Positions 1 through 11,806 of a stretch of 64,000 nucleotides of DNA are shown here, one piece after another. The notes under the pieces were generated by a model. That model made no database searches, was not told the DNA's origin, and was given only the letters and a program-made list of their open reading frames with translations. The position numbers were made by a program, and so were the translations under genes. Numbering within the stretch: position 1 is the first letter of the stretch; the number at the start of each line of letters is the position of its first letter. This DNA comes from Asterias rubens (lineage: Eukaryota): the NCBI RefSeq assembly GCF_902459465.1, contig NC_047071.1, forward strand, positions 10,912,001-10,976,000, in the 5' to 3' direction.

Positions 1-29
1 AAGGCCATCAGCAGAACCACTCCAACAAT

Positions 30-375
30 GATATCGAAGTCTTATATAGCGCACGTATCTAAGAAACAAGGTACTCAAGGCGCTGAGTATATATACAATT
101 TTTCAGAAAGATGGGTTATTACAGTGATGAATTCTTAAACCCAATTATGTATAGCACCTAGCAGGCTTTACAAGGTGCTACGGTGCATACAGCAGCCACA
201 GCCAAGAATACCGGGGCGAGCCCCTTCTCTGTTCGATAAGTGTTCTGGGTTCTTCTACATGCGTTATACAACACATGGGACCAACGGCTTTATGTCCCAT
301 CCGAAGGTCCCATCCGAAGTGTCACATCTGGGGATTCGAACCCACACTCTGCTGATCAGAAACACCAAGTGGCGT
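30..375 (-). mobile_element. tRNA-derived SINE (Deu-domain-like core, L2-type tail)
   Basis: Minus strand reads B-box GGTTCGAATCC (331-341), then a core GAACAGAGAAGGGGCTCGCCCCGGTATTCTTGGC resembling the DeuSINE domain, then an L2-like tail GCGCCTTGAGTACC...GCGCTATATAAG; the head matches the SINE at 49215. Confidence 0.65.
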
Positions 376-3300
376 GACGTGACGTGCGCCAGTGGCCTCA
401 TTTTGGGTTAGAATTGTGACGTTATGCATGAATATTAACGAGAGGTGTATGCTTGTCTTTATCTTGAATGTCTTATCAACAATCAAATGTAATTAGTTTA
501 TTTTTTCAAGGTTATGTAAATTAATGTTATAATGTTGATGAATAATCATGAGTGAGATTCTGTGTATGCAGTTGCTAGATTGATAGGTTTGGAACATTGT
601 TGGAAATAATTACATGTACGGACTGTCGCAATAGGGCTCTAGAGAACATCTATCCTCCTTTGACCTTGTGGAAAGAGGTCCTTCTACTCACTCAAAGGTC
701 AATATTCAATAGATAGTTCCCACATGACATAAATCAACCATCTTTATGGGCAATTAAGAACACACAGCCTTGCGTTTTGCTCGAGAACGGCGTGCAGCAA
801 GCGCACAGTTCACAAAACTCGTTGCCTGATTGGTTAGTAAACAGCGTGGGTGCGTAAATAAACTGAGCTCTTGACGCGCTTGCGAGCCAAAATGCAATTT
901 GCCCGTAAAGATGACGTCCATTGCAACTTATCTACAGGTATAGGATTCAAACAATTGAACGGTTAAAAAAAATATATATATATATACTTTGTCTTTAAAG
1001 AGAGGATACTAGGATTACCAACAGGATCCATCAGGTTTAAGTTATACCAAAATCTCACTGTTAAAATCTGTGTCCAAAACCTTAAAAATAATTGCCAAAA
1101 CTCACACAGCAACATGGTCTCATTGGATGAATAAAAACAAAAAAAAACAACAATAAATAAAAGTTTGCTCAAAGGAAAAATTGTATTTTAATAAAAATTT
1201 ATTGTGGGTTTATTATTTGATTTTAATAATAACTAAAAGTTATAAATACTATAATTCTTATAATTTGAAGTAGATAATGAAACTTTACATTCAAGAGAGG
1301 TATAATATTTTTGAAGAATTAATTATCCAGCAGGTTCATGTATTAATCTTTTATAGAGGTGTCGTGCTCTCGAATAGAGCTCTAGCAATTGTAAGAAACT
1401 TGAGGTTTCAATCATTTGGTGTTGAGACCAACATAGAATACTTGACGCAAATTCATGGCGTCCTTTACCATCACAGCTAAAACCCGTTTCAGACATGCAT
1501 GCAACAGACACGCGGAGACAAATAAATAAGGAACAACTCTAGGTCATAATGGATGTTAAATTTGCATCGGGGATAAAGAACACGCCTGTGATATTTTTTC
1601 ACAGGACTCGGGAAAGTACTGAGTATACAGTGCTAACACACATCGGTGTATGGGTAAAAACCAAAATAAAAACTCTTGGTCAACCCAAATAAATTTTTTT
1701 TTCAGACAGGCGAACTTAATAGAACTTTTACATTGGCTCGGTTCATGACTTGATTGACGTCTGTAACCAAGGCGCTCCAGGGTCGTTCTGAACAACTGCA
1801 ACAATCGATTTTTTGACTTCTAGAATGTTCAAGCACTCTTAATTGTTTCTGAAACCTGCGCCTGTCTGAAACGGGTGTTACTCGCTTAGCTACAGAGTTA
1901 TGCTTTAGCTTGATGCTTGATGAACAACCACCTAGAAAGCTACATGTAACTGCTTGTCCAAGGTGTGTAAAGAATGCTCAGAAACTTGACGTGTTGTCAT
2001 TTTATAATAACCAAAATAATTTCTCAGGTTCAGATAGTGAAAATTATATAGTTAGGGAGCTTGAATCGAAGAGATGATTTTGTAAATCGTGCCACATATT
2101 AACCAAAATTTATACATTTCAGATGAAGTGTTTGTACCCTAGTGTGTGTCATCTGCTTCTACCAATCTTAAACCGTTCATAAACTTGTAATATTTACAAC
2201 TTTTGATAGTCACTCTTTCATATGCAACTATTTGTACATCGGTTACTCTTTATACTCTGCAGAAAATATTTGTCGGTAAAAGATGTGACATTCCGTTAAC
2301 ATTAATATTGTCATCTATAGTACCCTTATTTTGCGGTAGAAATTACTGTTTCCTTTGTGAAAGCAATCATGAACCTGTTGTCCATTTGGTTGCAAGTTCT
2401 CAGTTTGATTATCACCATGGTCAATACAAACTCACACTATCTTACAGATGCAGTTGGTGGGGTCTTGCCATTTTCACTCTAGTTTGCTCCTGAAGAACTC
2501 CGCTCTGGTGGTACAACATTGTACACAGAAAACCCTTTTGGGAAAAACTGCTCAATAGACCCTTCCAATGAATATGTACAGTATGCTAAATACATTTCCG
2601 CATGTGTACAGACCCTATCGGTTGAAAAACACCATTGAGTTGTGCACTGCATCATGCTACTTCGAACCACATACCAAATAGCGCGATGGTCCCTCATTTT
2701 GACAACCAAAATGTTAGTGCGAACATGTTATGTGCGAGTTACACATTTATAGGAAATGTATGTTGTCTTAAGAACCCCACAGTCAAGCCACACTCCTACT
2801 CACCAAAACAAACTCAATTTGAAACAATCAGATTTATGCTATCCTCTGTGTTGAGGCATATGCTTTATTAGAATGTTTATTTTATTTGTTTCCTAGTTAA
2901 AATATATATATTTAGGTGAAATCAATATGTTCATACTCATATTTTACTGAAGCAATTATTTGTTTGTTTGGGTTTTCCTTTTCTTTTTTAGTAGGCTATA
3001 CAGAATTTCTTTTTTCTGCTAGATATATTGCAGTTCTCAGAACCATTTAAAATGTGAGTATTTGTTATTAATAAAAGCATCCGGAAGTGCAATAAAAGAT
3101 TTTGTTACAAATCAAAAGGTTTCTTAATTATTGGCTTATCAAATGATGTAAAAAAAAAACAGCTTACAGTCAGGGTATACTTTTGGTAATTGTTAAAGAC
3201 CAGTTGCATCACTTGGTGTATCCCAACACTATGCAAAGCATAGCGGACCTGTGAAAATTTAAGTTCTATGTGGCATTGAAGTTGCAAGGAAGTATATAAA

Positions 3301-3809
3301 GAAAAAACACCATGTTGTTAGAATGTAATCTGTCAGTTTCCTGACAAAGGCTTCATGCCTGAAGCCTTTCTTAGATTCAAATTTTTTTGAGGTAAAAATT
3401 TTACCTCTTTCTCAAAAACTACATTACTTCAAAAGATATGGCTTCTAACAATTTTATAAAATCAGCAGCTCTCAAGCGCTCTTTAGTCTTTACTAAGTAA
3501 AATTAATAGTCCTTACCACCTGGAGGAATTACCAAAAGTACACCCTGTCTGTAATCAACATTTTATATAGTAAAAAAGAGTTGAGGCTATATATTATTAT
3601 GAACCTGTTCAATTCTAGCATGGTGGTTGGGTCATCTAATCCATACACTATATAATGCATCAATCTTTTTTTCTAAACAAGAATAATAACCTTTTTTATC
3701 GTAGTTTATTATCGTGATCTTTAGGTTCAACCGTACACCTGTGTATGAAAAGCACGGTGTACTCCGAGCTTTCCAAACCATGTATGGGGGAATATTTCAA
3801 TGGACACCT

Positions 3810-4362
3810 TGGGTGGGTGTTGAACCATCGATCTACCTCAATATCAGAATATAGAGCAGATTGTTTATTTGTTTTGACAAAAAAAATTACAACCGTTCAT
3901 CCCAAAGAAAGTAAACAGATGAAGACCCCATATTTTCTTGGTTGGTTTTAAACCCTTGATCTTCCACATAAAAGAGAAAGTTGTATTTTACTTGTTTTGA
4001 CAAAGAAATTACAACCGTTCACCCAAATGAAAGTAAACAGATGACGAAAGTTGGTGATTGTGTTAGTCCTTGTAGGACCCCACATTTTTATGAACGCCTA
4101 CGGTGGGTTTTGAACCCTCGATCTTCCACAATTTCAAGCAGATTAACAACCGTTCATCCAAATGGAAAGTTAACAGGTGAAGAAAGTCGGTGATTGTGCG
4201 AGTCCTTTGAGAACCCCATATTTTCTGGGACACTTACATACATGTATATGGGTTTTGAACCTCGATCTTCCGAATTATAGAGCAGCTTCTTTATTTGTTT
4301 TGACAACCGGTCATCCAAATGAAAGTAAACAGATGACACAAGTCAGTGATTGTGCGAGTCCC
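3810..4362. repeat. Tandem repeat (~4 diverged 120-160 bp units) derived from the FBXO22 stop-codon region
   Basis: Recurrent ACAACCGTTCATCCAAATGAAAGTAAACAGATGA near 3890, 4012, 4148 and 4304; the last copy is the real end of the CDS. Confidence 0.85.
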
Positions 4363-4719
4363 TTCTGATGACTCCCGTTGTTTCTGATCCCATCGTCCGT
4401 GTCCGTGATGACCTTCCCGCAGGTCAAATTGTCGCATCCGTATTCCCCGCCTCCAAAGAACCCGATCAGGGGCGTTTTGGGGAAGAGCTCGTGAAACACT
4501 TCACTCTCTACATCGGGCTCGTCGTAAAACTCCCTCCCCCGTCCTATACAGCTGAACATGAACGCGAGGCTGCGTTTTTCCGACAGTCCGGCTTTCTTAA
4601 GTTCGAGCATTTTCCTGCGTGCAGCGTCCCTGGTGGTGATGGACCTTCCGAGTAGAACAGAGGCAGCGTTGACGTTGGGTCCGTAGAATGACAATATGCT
4701 GCATTCGACCTTCTTGTAC
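4311..4719 (-). CDS. FBXO22: F-box only protein 22-like, exon 5 (FIST C domain, stop codon)
   Basis: Acceptor ttccagcag|; encodes YKKVECSILSFYGPNVNAASV...AFMFSCIGRGREFYDEPDVESEVFHELFPKTPLIGFFGGGEYG, matching the FIST_C FMFxCxGRG...PLxGFFGxGExG motif; ends TCVICLLSFG*. Phase 2 matches exon 4. Confidence 0.9.
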
Positions 4720-5506
4720 CTGCTGGAACTGAAGCATTTATGATACAATGTCACTCTTGAAGTTGGGGAGGGATTGAATGGAATGTAATGAGTAAAATCA
4801 TTAATCATGATGCAGTTCGGTTGAATTCAATTTGTGGTGTGCTGTGACCTATGACCTAGTGTATTTGACTCAAGTTCTGAAGACTAAATCATCAGAGTGT
4901 TGGTCATAAAACTTCTGTCTTTGAGCAAGGCACTTGACCATAATTGCTTCTTTTCAACCAGGTGTATGAATGAGAACCTAAAGAGGGCTGGGACAGTATT
5001 GACTGAATTACACCCCTTAGAGCTAATTTTTAAAGCAGCTTCGGATTTGAATGGGGTCTGGGTCCCTCTTATTTGATACCTCAACCTCTGTGATGTTACA
5101 ATTCAGGAGGCTTACAAAACTCTGTGCATCATCAGAAAAACAGTACAAGTTGAGAGACAATGTAGACTATTGCTTTGACTGCTGTGATCTCTCAAGGCAG
5201 TTTGAAGGCTCAATTGAATTAGATGCCTGTATTAAAAGCCTGAAATTTAGTCTTTGAGAAGACGAGGTCATTTAAAAAAAAAAAAAAAAATTGCAAAAGG
5301 CACTTTCATTGCAAAATCTTCAAGTCTATGAGAAACATTTGATGGGGCACTTAGGCCAAGACCAGGGGCAACAAAGGCCTCCATTAAGTTCTAGGACGGC
5401 TATTTTAAGAACCAAGTATTATTTTGGTAAGCAAGTACATGTAGATGAGTATTTTGAGCTAAGCAGATTGTCCCTCCATCGTCGAGCACCCTTCCCAAAA
5501 ACCCAC

Positions 5507-5804
5507 CTTGAGGAAGGAGATGGTTCAATCCAAACTTGCTTCACAATCCCTCCGGCTATCACCGGCAGGCAACCATGCTCAGTGTACATGTGTTGCTGTA
5601 ACTGTTTGATCATCCTAGCCGATGTGTTGTGGAGGCCACCAGGGCTGAACACTAGAAAACACTTTGTGTCCGGCCGATAAACGGGATCGGGTCTGGGACC
5701 ATCAGTGTGGCACGTCCTTCTGAAGTTGATCTCGGGAAGCAAGACACAGGCTGATCCCATCTGACCCTCACTCTCTCCAGCTGGACTCAAGTTGCGTTGG
5801 CATC
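5507..5804 (-). CDS. FBXO22: FBXO22-like exon 4 (FIST N/C region)
   Basis: Acceptor tttcttgcag|, donor AAG|gtgggt; 298 nt open (ACVLLPEI...CFLVFS...VIAGGIV); phases 1 and 2 fit the neighbouring exons. Confidence 0.8.
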
Positions 5805-6421
5805 CTGCAAGAAACAGGAATTGAGAGAGACAAACTTTGTTCACAACTGGGTTTTTTTTTTTTTCCAAAACGTGACAAAGCGTCCATGGTTTCAGTATGA
5901 GCAATATGAATATGAGAAATATAAATAAAAGCTCTAAATGAAGATCTGTGGGTTATATAATCATGTTTTAGGAGGCTAATCATCCTTAAGCCCAGTTCAT
6001 ACTTCCTGCGAATGCGATACACAATTTTGGGGAAAACCCCAAGACCACTCAGAATCTTTACTGGACTGGGATTTCATTTACAAGACAAGAATCAAAAGCA
6101 GAAAAGACTAGAATCAAAATAACCGTTTTATCACCTAAACTGTTTCATTTGAACAAACAATAAGAGAGATTTATCTCTTCTGTTTTATTGGTGGAATACT
6201 CAACAGAATTGAAAGATATTTGTGAGACTCAAGACTTAAAATTTGAACATAATTTTTGTTTATGACAAGATGCTGAATGAAGAAAAAAACAAGACCACAT
6301 ACCGGACTTGTCCTGTCTTGAGTTTACTGGCCCGACACTGAAATTACTGGCCCCAGGCCAGTAGTCACTGGCCTGGGGCCAGTAGTCCAAAGTGTGTACA
6401 ATTTGAGTCTGGAATGCTTAC

Positions 6422-6608
6422 CTATTGTGCCGTTTACTCGTAAACCAACAATCTGACAGTCTGTAGGCAGCCTGGAATGAATCATCTTTACTGTCTTTTT
6501 TCTACTGTGTCCGGATGTTCTTTCATAGTCACATTGTAAGGTTTGAAACTCACTTGGGTATTGACATTCCGAGAAAACAATGGCTAAACGAGGTATACTT
6601 CCAATCGA
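6422..6608 (-). CDS. FBXO22: FBXO22-like exon 3 (FIST N)
   Basis: Acceptor tttttttgtcttctttacag|, donor G|gtaagc; IPRLAIVFSE...LPTDCQIVGLRVNGTIG is FIST_N-like. Confidence 0.85.
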
Positions 6609-7250
6609 CTGTAAAGAAGACAAAAAAACAGGGGTTACAGATGCCGAGCTGTAGGTTTGGGCTGAAGAAGAATTTGCTGAAGAGAGGGCGCTTTCCACAC
6701 AGTGTACTATGGGAAGATATCTTTTACAATGTTGACAATGTTTTCGCTGTTGGAAAATCAAACTTAAACTGTTAGAAGTGTTCTCTTTGGCAGCTTTTGA
6801 TCTCAGCTATAGTTGGGACGTCCCCAAGGTATTCACTAGAGTCGGTTGGAACTGCTCCAAACTGTAGATGGGGCAACTCTTTGCTCATTATAAACCGTGG
6901 ATATTTACTTGGAACACTGTAACAACATCCGATGCCCCTCCCCCCTAGAATCCACAGGTCGCCCACTGACTTTGTTTGTTTGTTCAGATGATCTTCCAGT
7001 CAAGGGAACTCGACAAACTCCCAAAAGTGGGTATAAACGCCAAGCTATCAACAGCCAACTTCTCTCATACAAACATTGGTTAAAAGTCTATGATTATGAA
7101 TTGCACAAATCAAGAAATTGTGATTCAGTTAACTAGCTGTCATTTCAAGCATTCTAGTCATTGTGAAAACAACAGTTAGCTTAGGGGATTTAACCCTATA
7201 ACATTGTGGTTACAGGTCCTGCAGTCATGCAGTCTAACCACTGGACTTAC

Positions 7251-7422
7251 ATTCAAGCAAGTATTCAGGTGGACCCCAAAGGGTCCTAGCTCATCGTCAA
7301 AACCAAGGGACCTGGGTTTGTCCACAAACTCTTCTGCCTCTTTCCTCCCAAGCGTTACCCATCCAATATCCTTACGTCGACTCAGCACACGGTCTGCCTC
7401 AAGACGCCAAACTTGACAAACC
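7251..7422 (-). CDS. FBXO22: FBXO22-like exon 2 (end of F-box)
   Basis: Acceptor atttgcag|, donor AAT|gtaagt; encodes RVCQVWRLEADRVL, the typical F-box RVCxxW end. Confidence 0.85.
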
Positions 7423-7775
7423 CTGCAAATAATTAAAACCCTGGTTTAATCAACAATGACATCATTCTAACTCCTGCGATACTCTTTCAGTCTAAGCTTA
7501 CTTTTGGAAGAGATGGAAGAGATGGCAATGTCATGTAAATTTTCTAATTCAGTACGTCTGCCAAAATACATTTGTTATTATTGTTGTCTGAAAAGATATA
7601 CAGCTGAAGAAAGAGTTCAGGAAAAACAAAACAATAACAACCCAAGATGAATTCACAAGTAGAACGCCTAATTGTCCTTGCTAACCTGTCGAATATGCTT
7701 CGTCATCATAAAGCAAATATTCCTGTTTTATAGTTATCACAACAAATTGCTAACCGTTCGTTAAGGGAAGCGTAC

Positions 7776-7939
7776 CTTGAGCAAGTGTTTAATGTTTTAG
7801 CCGGTAGAAATGAAAACACCCTTCCGATAAACTCCCGGCTCTCAGTCAGAATCCAGCACCCGGGCGGAATGCCTTCCTCCCCCTCTCCCGCTGGCATCGG
7901 GCTCTCTACTTGGACTTGGTCGGGATCAGCTGCTGCCAT
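7776..7939 (-). CDS. FBXO22: FBXO22-like exon 1 (start, F-box)
   Basis: MAAADPDQ...ILTESREFIGRVFSFLPAKTLNTCS, F-box IFSFL motif; donor AG|gtacgc. Five exons total 1230 nt = 409 aa. Confidence 0.85.
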
Positions 7940-8688
7940 AACTCTCTTTCCACCCAGCCCCCAGGCAGAAACTTTACTGTAAAGTTTACAATCTCGAATC
8001 TCTGTAGTAAACAATGTTTGGGGTAAGATCAGCCAGACTTCTTCTTTTCTTTTTTGTTCACTGAAACCATGGAGCAATATTAAAGATGACCTCGACTCGA
8101 CCACCAACGATTCAAGAAGACAGTTGTTGTTACTTTTGTCCGGAGGATGAGTTGTTTACAAAATGACACTACGACTGTTAAATGCATTTTTAATGAAACG
8201 CAAGTAACAACGTGGCACAGGGGATGTGTGCTTCCTTTATGCACGCAATGAATTTTTACGGTAAACAGCCGTCGACAAATTTTAACTTGCACGACCTTAA
8301 AAGGTCGTAAAAAATTAACTTGCTATTCAGTCTCAGTTGATACAATTTTTTTGTACTTACAAATTTTAAAGTAAATTTAATCGCTAATTACAAAAGTATA
8401 GAACATATTTATTTATTTTCAAACAATTTACTTCGCTTTTTTATTTCTATGCGTTGATTAAAACAATCAATTTAATCCCTGCTTCGGACGAGCCAGGTTG
8501 TCAAAGAAACGATGGGGGCCGCCATTAACTTTTCTGATCGCTAAACCGCTACCTTTCGTTACTAAAAAGTTGTTATTTCAATGAAATTACTGTTAAAATC
8601 ATCCCACGTGTTTGTATTTGAGTTTATATATAACAAATATATACTGTGATACATGCACAATATATGCACAGCATTGATTCGGGCTCAA
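7940..8688. promoter_or_regulatory. Probable bidirectional promoter between FBXO22 and CCDC192
   Basis: Divergent ATGs 750 bp apart; YY1-like GCCGCCATT near 8518 and E-box CACGTG near 8606. Confidence 0.55.
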
Positions 8689-8870
8689 ATGGGGCATGGA
8701 GCGAGCACGAACGTGAAAAAACTAACGATAAATCAGGCAGGTCAGGACATCAACGACGATAGACCGCCGAGCGGTAAGAAGAAGAGTCGGGCCAGGGCGA
8801 GGAATTCAGAGGAACACGCAAGGGCCGGGTCAGCCGAGAGGCCCGGGAAATCTTCACCAACCAACCTCGG
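8689..8870 (+). CDS. CCDC192: CCDC192-like coiled-coil protein, exon 1
   Basis: MGHGASTNVKK...PTNL, donor GG|gtaagc (phase 2). Confidence 0.65.
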
Positions 8871-9074
8871 GTAAGCAGTGAACTTTGAGCATTCTCTTTT
8901 CTTTTAGTCTTCGTCAGTTTGTTGGCATATTTTATTAGTAATTATAATAAGCCCCTAATTACAGTATATTCTATATACAAAAATATATGAGTTTTAAAAT
9001 TAATAATATTACTTACTTAGGCCTAATATAATAATAATAATCAGTCAGATAATATCAGTATTTCAGTATCATCG

Positions 9075-9250
9075 CAGGCCTGATACTTCACGGAGGCAAC
9101 GGAGGCGATTGCCTCCGTTGCCCCTTGCCATTGCCTTGGTGCCCTTGAAATGCTCCAGTAGAAATTTACAATTTCCTCATAGGGTGCCCTTTGCCAAAGA
9201 GAAAATGCCTTGGTGCCCTTGCCTTTTCAAAAACGAAGCATACAGGCCTG
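9075..9250. mobile_element. CAGGCCTG-terminated MITE (hAT-like ends); other copies 37395-37536, 38091-38257, partial 15147-15210
   Basis: TIR CAGGCCTGATACTTC / GAAGCATACAGGCCTG; TCATCG directly on both flanks; the internal GCCTTGGTGCCCTTG motif is shared among copies. Confidence 0.75.
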
Positions 9251-9257
9251 TCATCGG

Positions 9258-9539
9258 CAGGGCCCAATTTCATATAGAGCTGCTAAGCACAAAATTTGCT
9301 TAGCATGAAATTTCTTCCTTGATAAAAACAGGATTACCAACCATGTACAAATGTCAACATGATTTTCAGGATGAGCAAACAACAGCTGGATACCAGCAGA
9401 CTAGTATCACCATACCAGTATCAAGGAATATGCAACAAATTGAAATTTGGTTGGTAATGGTTATCCTGTTTTTACCAAGGAAGAAATTTCATGCTTAGCA
9501 ATATTTTTGTGCTTAGCAGCTTAATGGAATTTGGCCCTG
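9258..9539. mobile_element. CAGGGCCCAATTTCAT MITE family; other copies 34131-34325, 35070-35208, 52815-53391
   Basis: TIR CAGGGCCCAATTTCAT / ATGGAATTTGGCCCTG with internal GCTAAGCA/TGCTTAGC subterminal repeats. Confidence 0.75.
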
Positions 9540-9963
9540 ATCAGTATCCTAGGGCCTTTTTTTATTTAATTTTAATTTACATAAAAATATTCACCACATT
9601 AATAAATAGAAAGAATAGTAATTTTGTAAATAATAATAGAAATATATTTTATTTCGTAAACAGACATGACAGAGTTTCTAAAATGTTGGCTGTGGAAAAT
9701 CATGGATTGTATACAAATTTAAAATCCAAATGCAAAACAATTGTTTTTGTTTAATTGTAGCACTCTTAAGTCTAAATTAACAATGTTTCTAATTATTTTA
9801 ATTTAATTCTTTGAAGCTACTACTAGGCCTCTTTTTGTCAGTGGTGGTATTAATTTGAAACTGCTAAAGATGTATGCCACCATTGGGCATAATAGCAAAA
9901 CAATTGTTTTTTTAGTTTGAAGTTTTGTGCTAACGCTCGAAATAAACTCTTTCACCTCCACAG

Positions 9964-10024
9964 TTGGACAAGGTCTAATTCTGATGGGTGCATCGTTGAG
10001 AATCTAAACACAAGTAAAACAAAG
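9964..10024 (+). CDS. CCDC192: CCDC192-like exon 2
   Basis: Acceptor tttcacctccacag|, donor AAG|gtaggc; 61 nt bridging phase 2 to phase 0. Confidence 0.6.
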
Positions 10025-10219
10025 GTAGGCCTACTACCAGTACTCTTTCAAAGTTGTGTTTTTCAGACCATTTTTTCTGGCCACTGCCCTGTACCCTTTG
10101 TTGCGATAATTGAAAACATCGGGTCTCCATCCTCTATGACCATATCAGGAAGAAGGTTAAGATTTTGTGGGTCTGTTTTTTTTTTTGTTTTTTTTTGGGG
10201 GGGGGGGTGGAGGGTTATA

Positions 10220-10575
10220 AGGTATTGCCCACCTCACACAGCCAGACGGCCACTTCAAGGTGAGAGCTATATTCACTAATTTGTGCTATCGACCCAAATC
10301 AACTGTCACCAGGGGCTCGGTACAACCTACTCATCGGGTTGAGACTGATTTACCCCCTTCACAGTCCGTAAGGATGTAGGCATGGGTATCATCCACTAGG
10401 AGCCTGGTTGGTAGAGCAGCTTGCGCTACCTTCCCAACTTTTTTTAAAATCAACTTTGCTAAAGTGCCTTGCTCAAGTCAAGGGCACAAGTGTCATGACT
10501 TGGATTCGAACCCACCACCTGCTGCTGACAACACCAGAGCTTGGGTGCGGTGAACTAGATCGCTCGGCCATGACA
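10220..10575 (-). mobile_element. tRNA-derived SINE in CCDC192 intron 2
   Basis: Minus strand TGGCCGAGCG A-box, GGTTCGAATCC B-box, followed by GACACTTGTGCCCTTGAGCAAGGCACTT. Confidence 0.75.
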
Positions 10576-10735
10576 AGCCAGAAAGGGGGGTATTAGTATT
10601 TCTGTGTTTGTTTGCTTTGTTTTCGTGTGTGGTTTCCCTCTCCATAGTACTCTTGAAGCACTGATCATACAGTGTAAGAGTATAAAAATAATATTATCTA
10701 TTATGGTATGTTTTTTTTTATTTTTTTATGACCAG

Positions 10736-10840
10736 GCTGAACTACTAGAGCAGCAAGTTGATGAGTACAAGGAACTCTTCCACCATGCTGAGCAGAAAGC
10801 TGAAACTGCCGAGGCCCAAGCCAAGCTGCTGGAGCAGCAG
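10736..10840 (+). CDS. CCDC192: CCDC192-like exon 3
   Basis: AELLEQQVDEYKELFHHAEQKAETAEAQAKLLEQQ, heptad pattern; ttttatgaccag| and |gtacag. Confidence 0.8.
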
Positions 10841-11447
10841 GTACAGAGAGTCAATAATAATTTTTTTTTTTTAAATAACGGGCTCTTACACATGGATACA
10901 AAAATATATAGACTTTTAACATTTGGTCCAAACAGGCCTGTATGCTTCGTTTTTTAAAGGTGGGGGGGGGGGGGGGGCATTGAGTCAATCACCATCCTTG
11001 CCCCCATGAAGTATTAGGACTGGGTCCTGAGCAAACAACCATTGAACAGGAAAGTTTTCAGATTTTTTTCAGATTTGAAAATTTTCAGTGACACAGCAGT
11101 AACGATTTAATGAGGGAGACAAAAGGCGTGGGACATTGTGCTTAATACACACAATCGCCAGCGGCAGAATGCACCTTCGGAACGGCCAGGAGTGTACTGT
11201 CTGAATTAGAGTGAAGGCCATGAACTTTTCTGCTGAATAAAAGATTACTTTCTGTTTCTTTACTTGAAGTGCCATCGAAAAACCAGAATAAAAGTACAAA
11301 GTTTTGTGTGCCACCAAGTTTCATTTATGTTAATTTTATTCTAAATGATTAATAAATTTGAATGTATGTAGGATTGCAAAGCTCTTTGTAAACTCTTTTC
11401 ACAGACTTGTTTAGTTATTCATGATTATTGTTTATTTTGTTTTTAAG

Positions 11448-11585
11448 ATGGCCGAGGTGGAGGGTGCCAACTTTGACCTCCTTGATCGGGTATCGGGGCT
11501 TGAGCAACAAATTGAAGAAATGAAAGACCAGACTTCACCTGAGGCCGAGAGGGAATATTCTGAGACAGTCGACGAACAAAATCAA
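11448..11585 (+). CDS. CCDC192: CCDC192-like exon 4
   Basis: MAEVEGANFDLLDRVSGLEQQIEE...; ttttaag| and |gtgaga; 46 codons, phase 0. Confidence 0.8.
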
Positions 11586-11684
11586 GTGAGAAATCATGAC
11601 TTTTTAAAAAACTTTTTTGTTTATGAAATGCGATTACATGCACTCATACCAAGTACCTTTATGGATACACCCTGATAGCTGGGT

Positions 11685-11764
11685 TTAAAGGAACACGTTG
11701 CCTTGGATTGGTCGAGTTGGTCTTTGAAAAGCGTTTGTAACCGTTTGTTATAAAAATACATATG
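11685..11764. mobile_element. Left part of a TTAA-AGGAACACG (Kolobok/T2-type family B) MITE split by the Penelope insertion; right part 14414-14606
   Basis: Colinear with the intact copy at 52984-53358 once 11765-14413 is removed. Confidence 0.85.
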
Positions 11765-11806
11765 TACCCACTGAAGCTGAACCGTCGGCCCCTCAATCCA
11801 CAGTAA

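Noticed and set aside
1277-2871. Short ORFs and coding-like fragments left of FBXO22 (e.g. PEELRSGGTTLYTENPFG near 2490)
   Set aside because: Interrupted by stops, no consistent splice path and no recognisable domain; possibly decayed TE sequence.
4350-4655. ORFs antisense or out-of-frame to real exons (also 5291-5680, 16202-16555, 19123-19476, 28892-29582, 38379-38717, 43288-43941)
   Set aside because: Shadow ORFs of GC-richer coding exons with no independent evidence.
6772-6966. Extra FBXO22 exon in intron 2
   Set aside because: The nearby acceptor gives an immediate stop in the required phase 0, and exons 2 and 3 already join in frame to give an FBXO22-sized protein.
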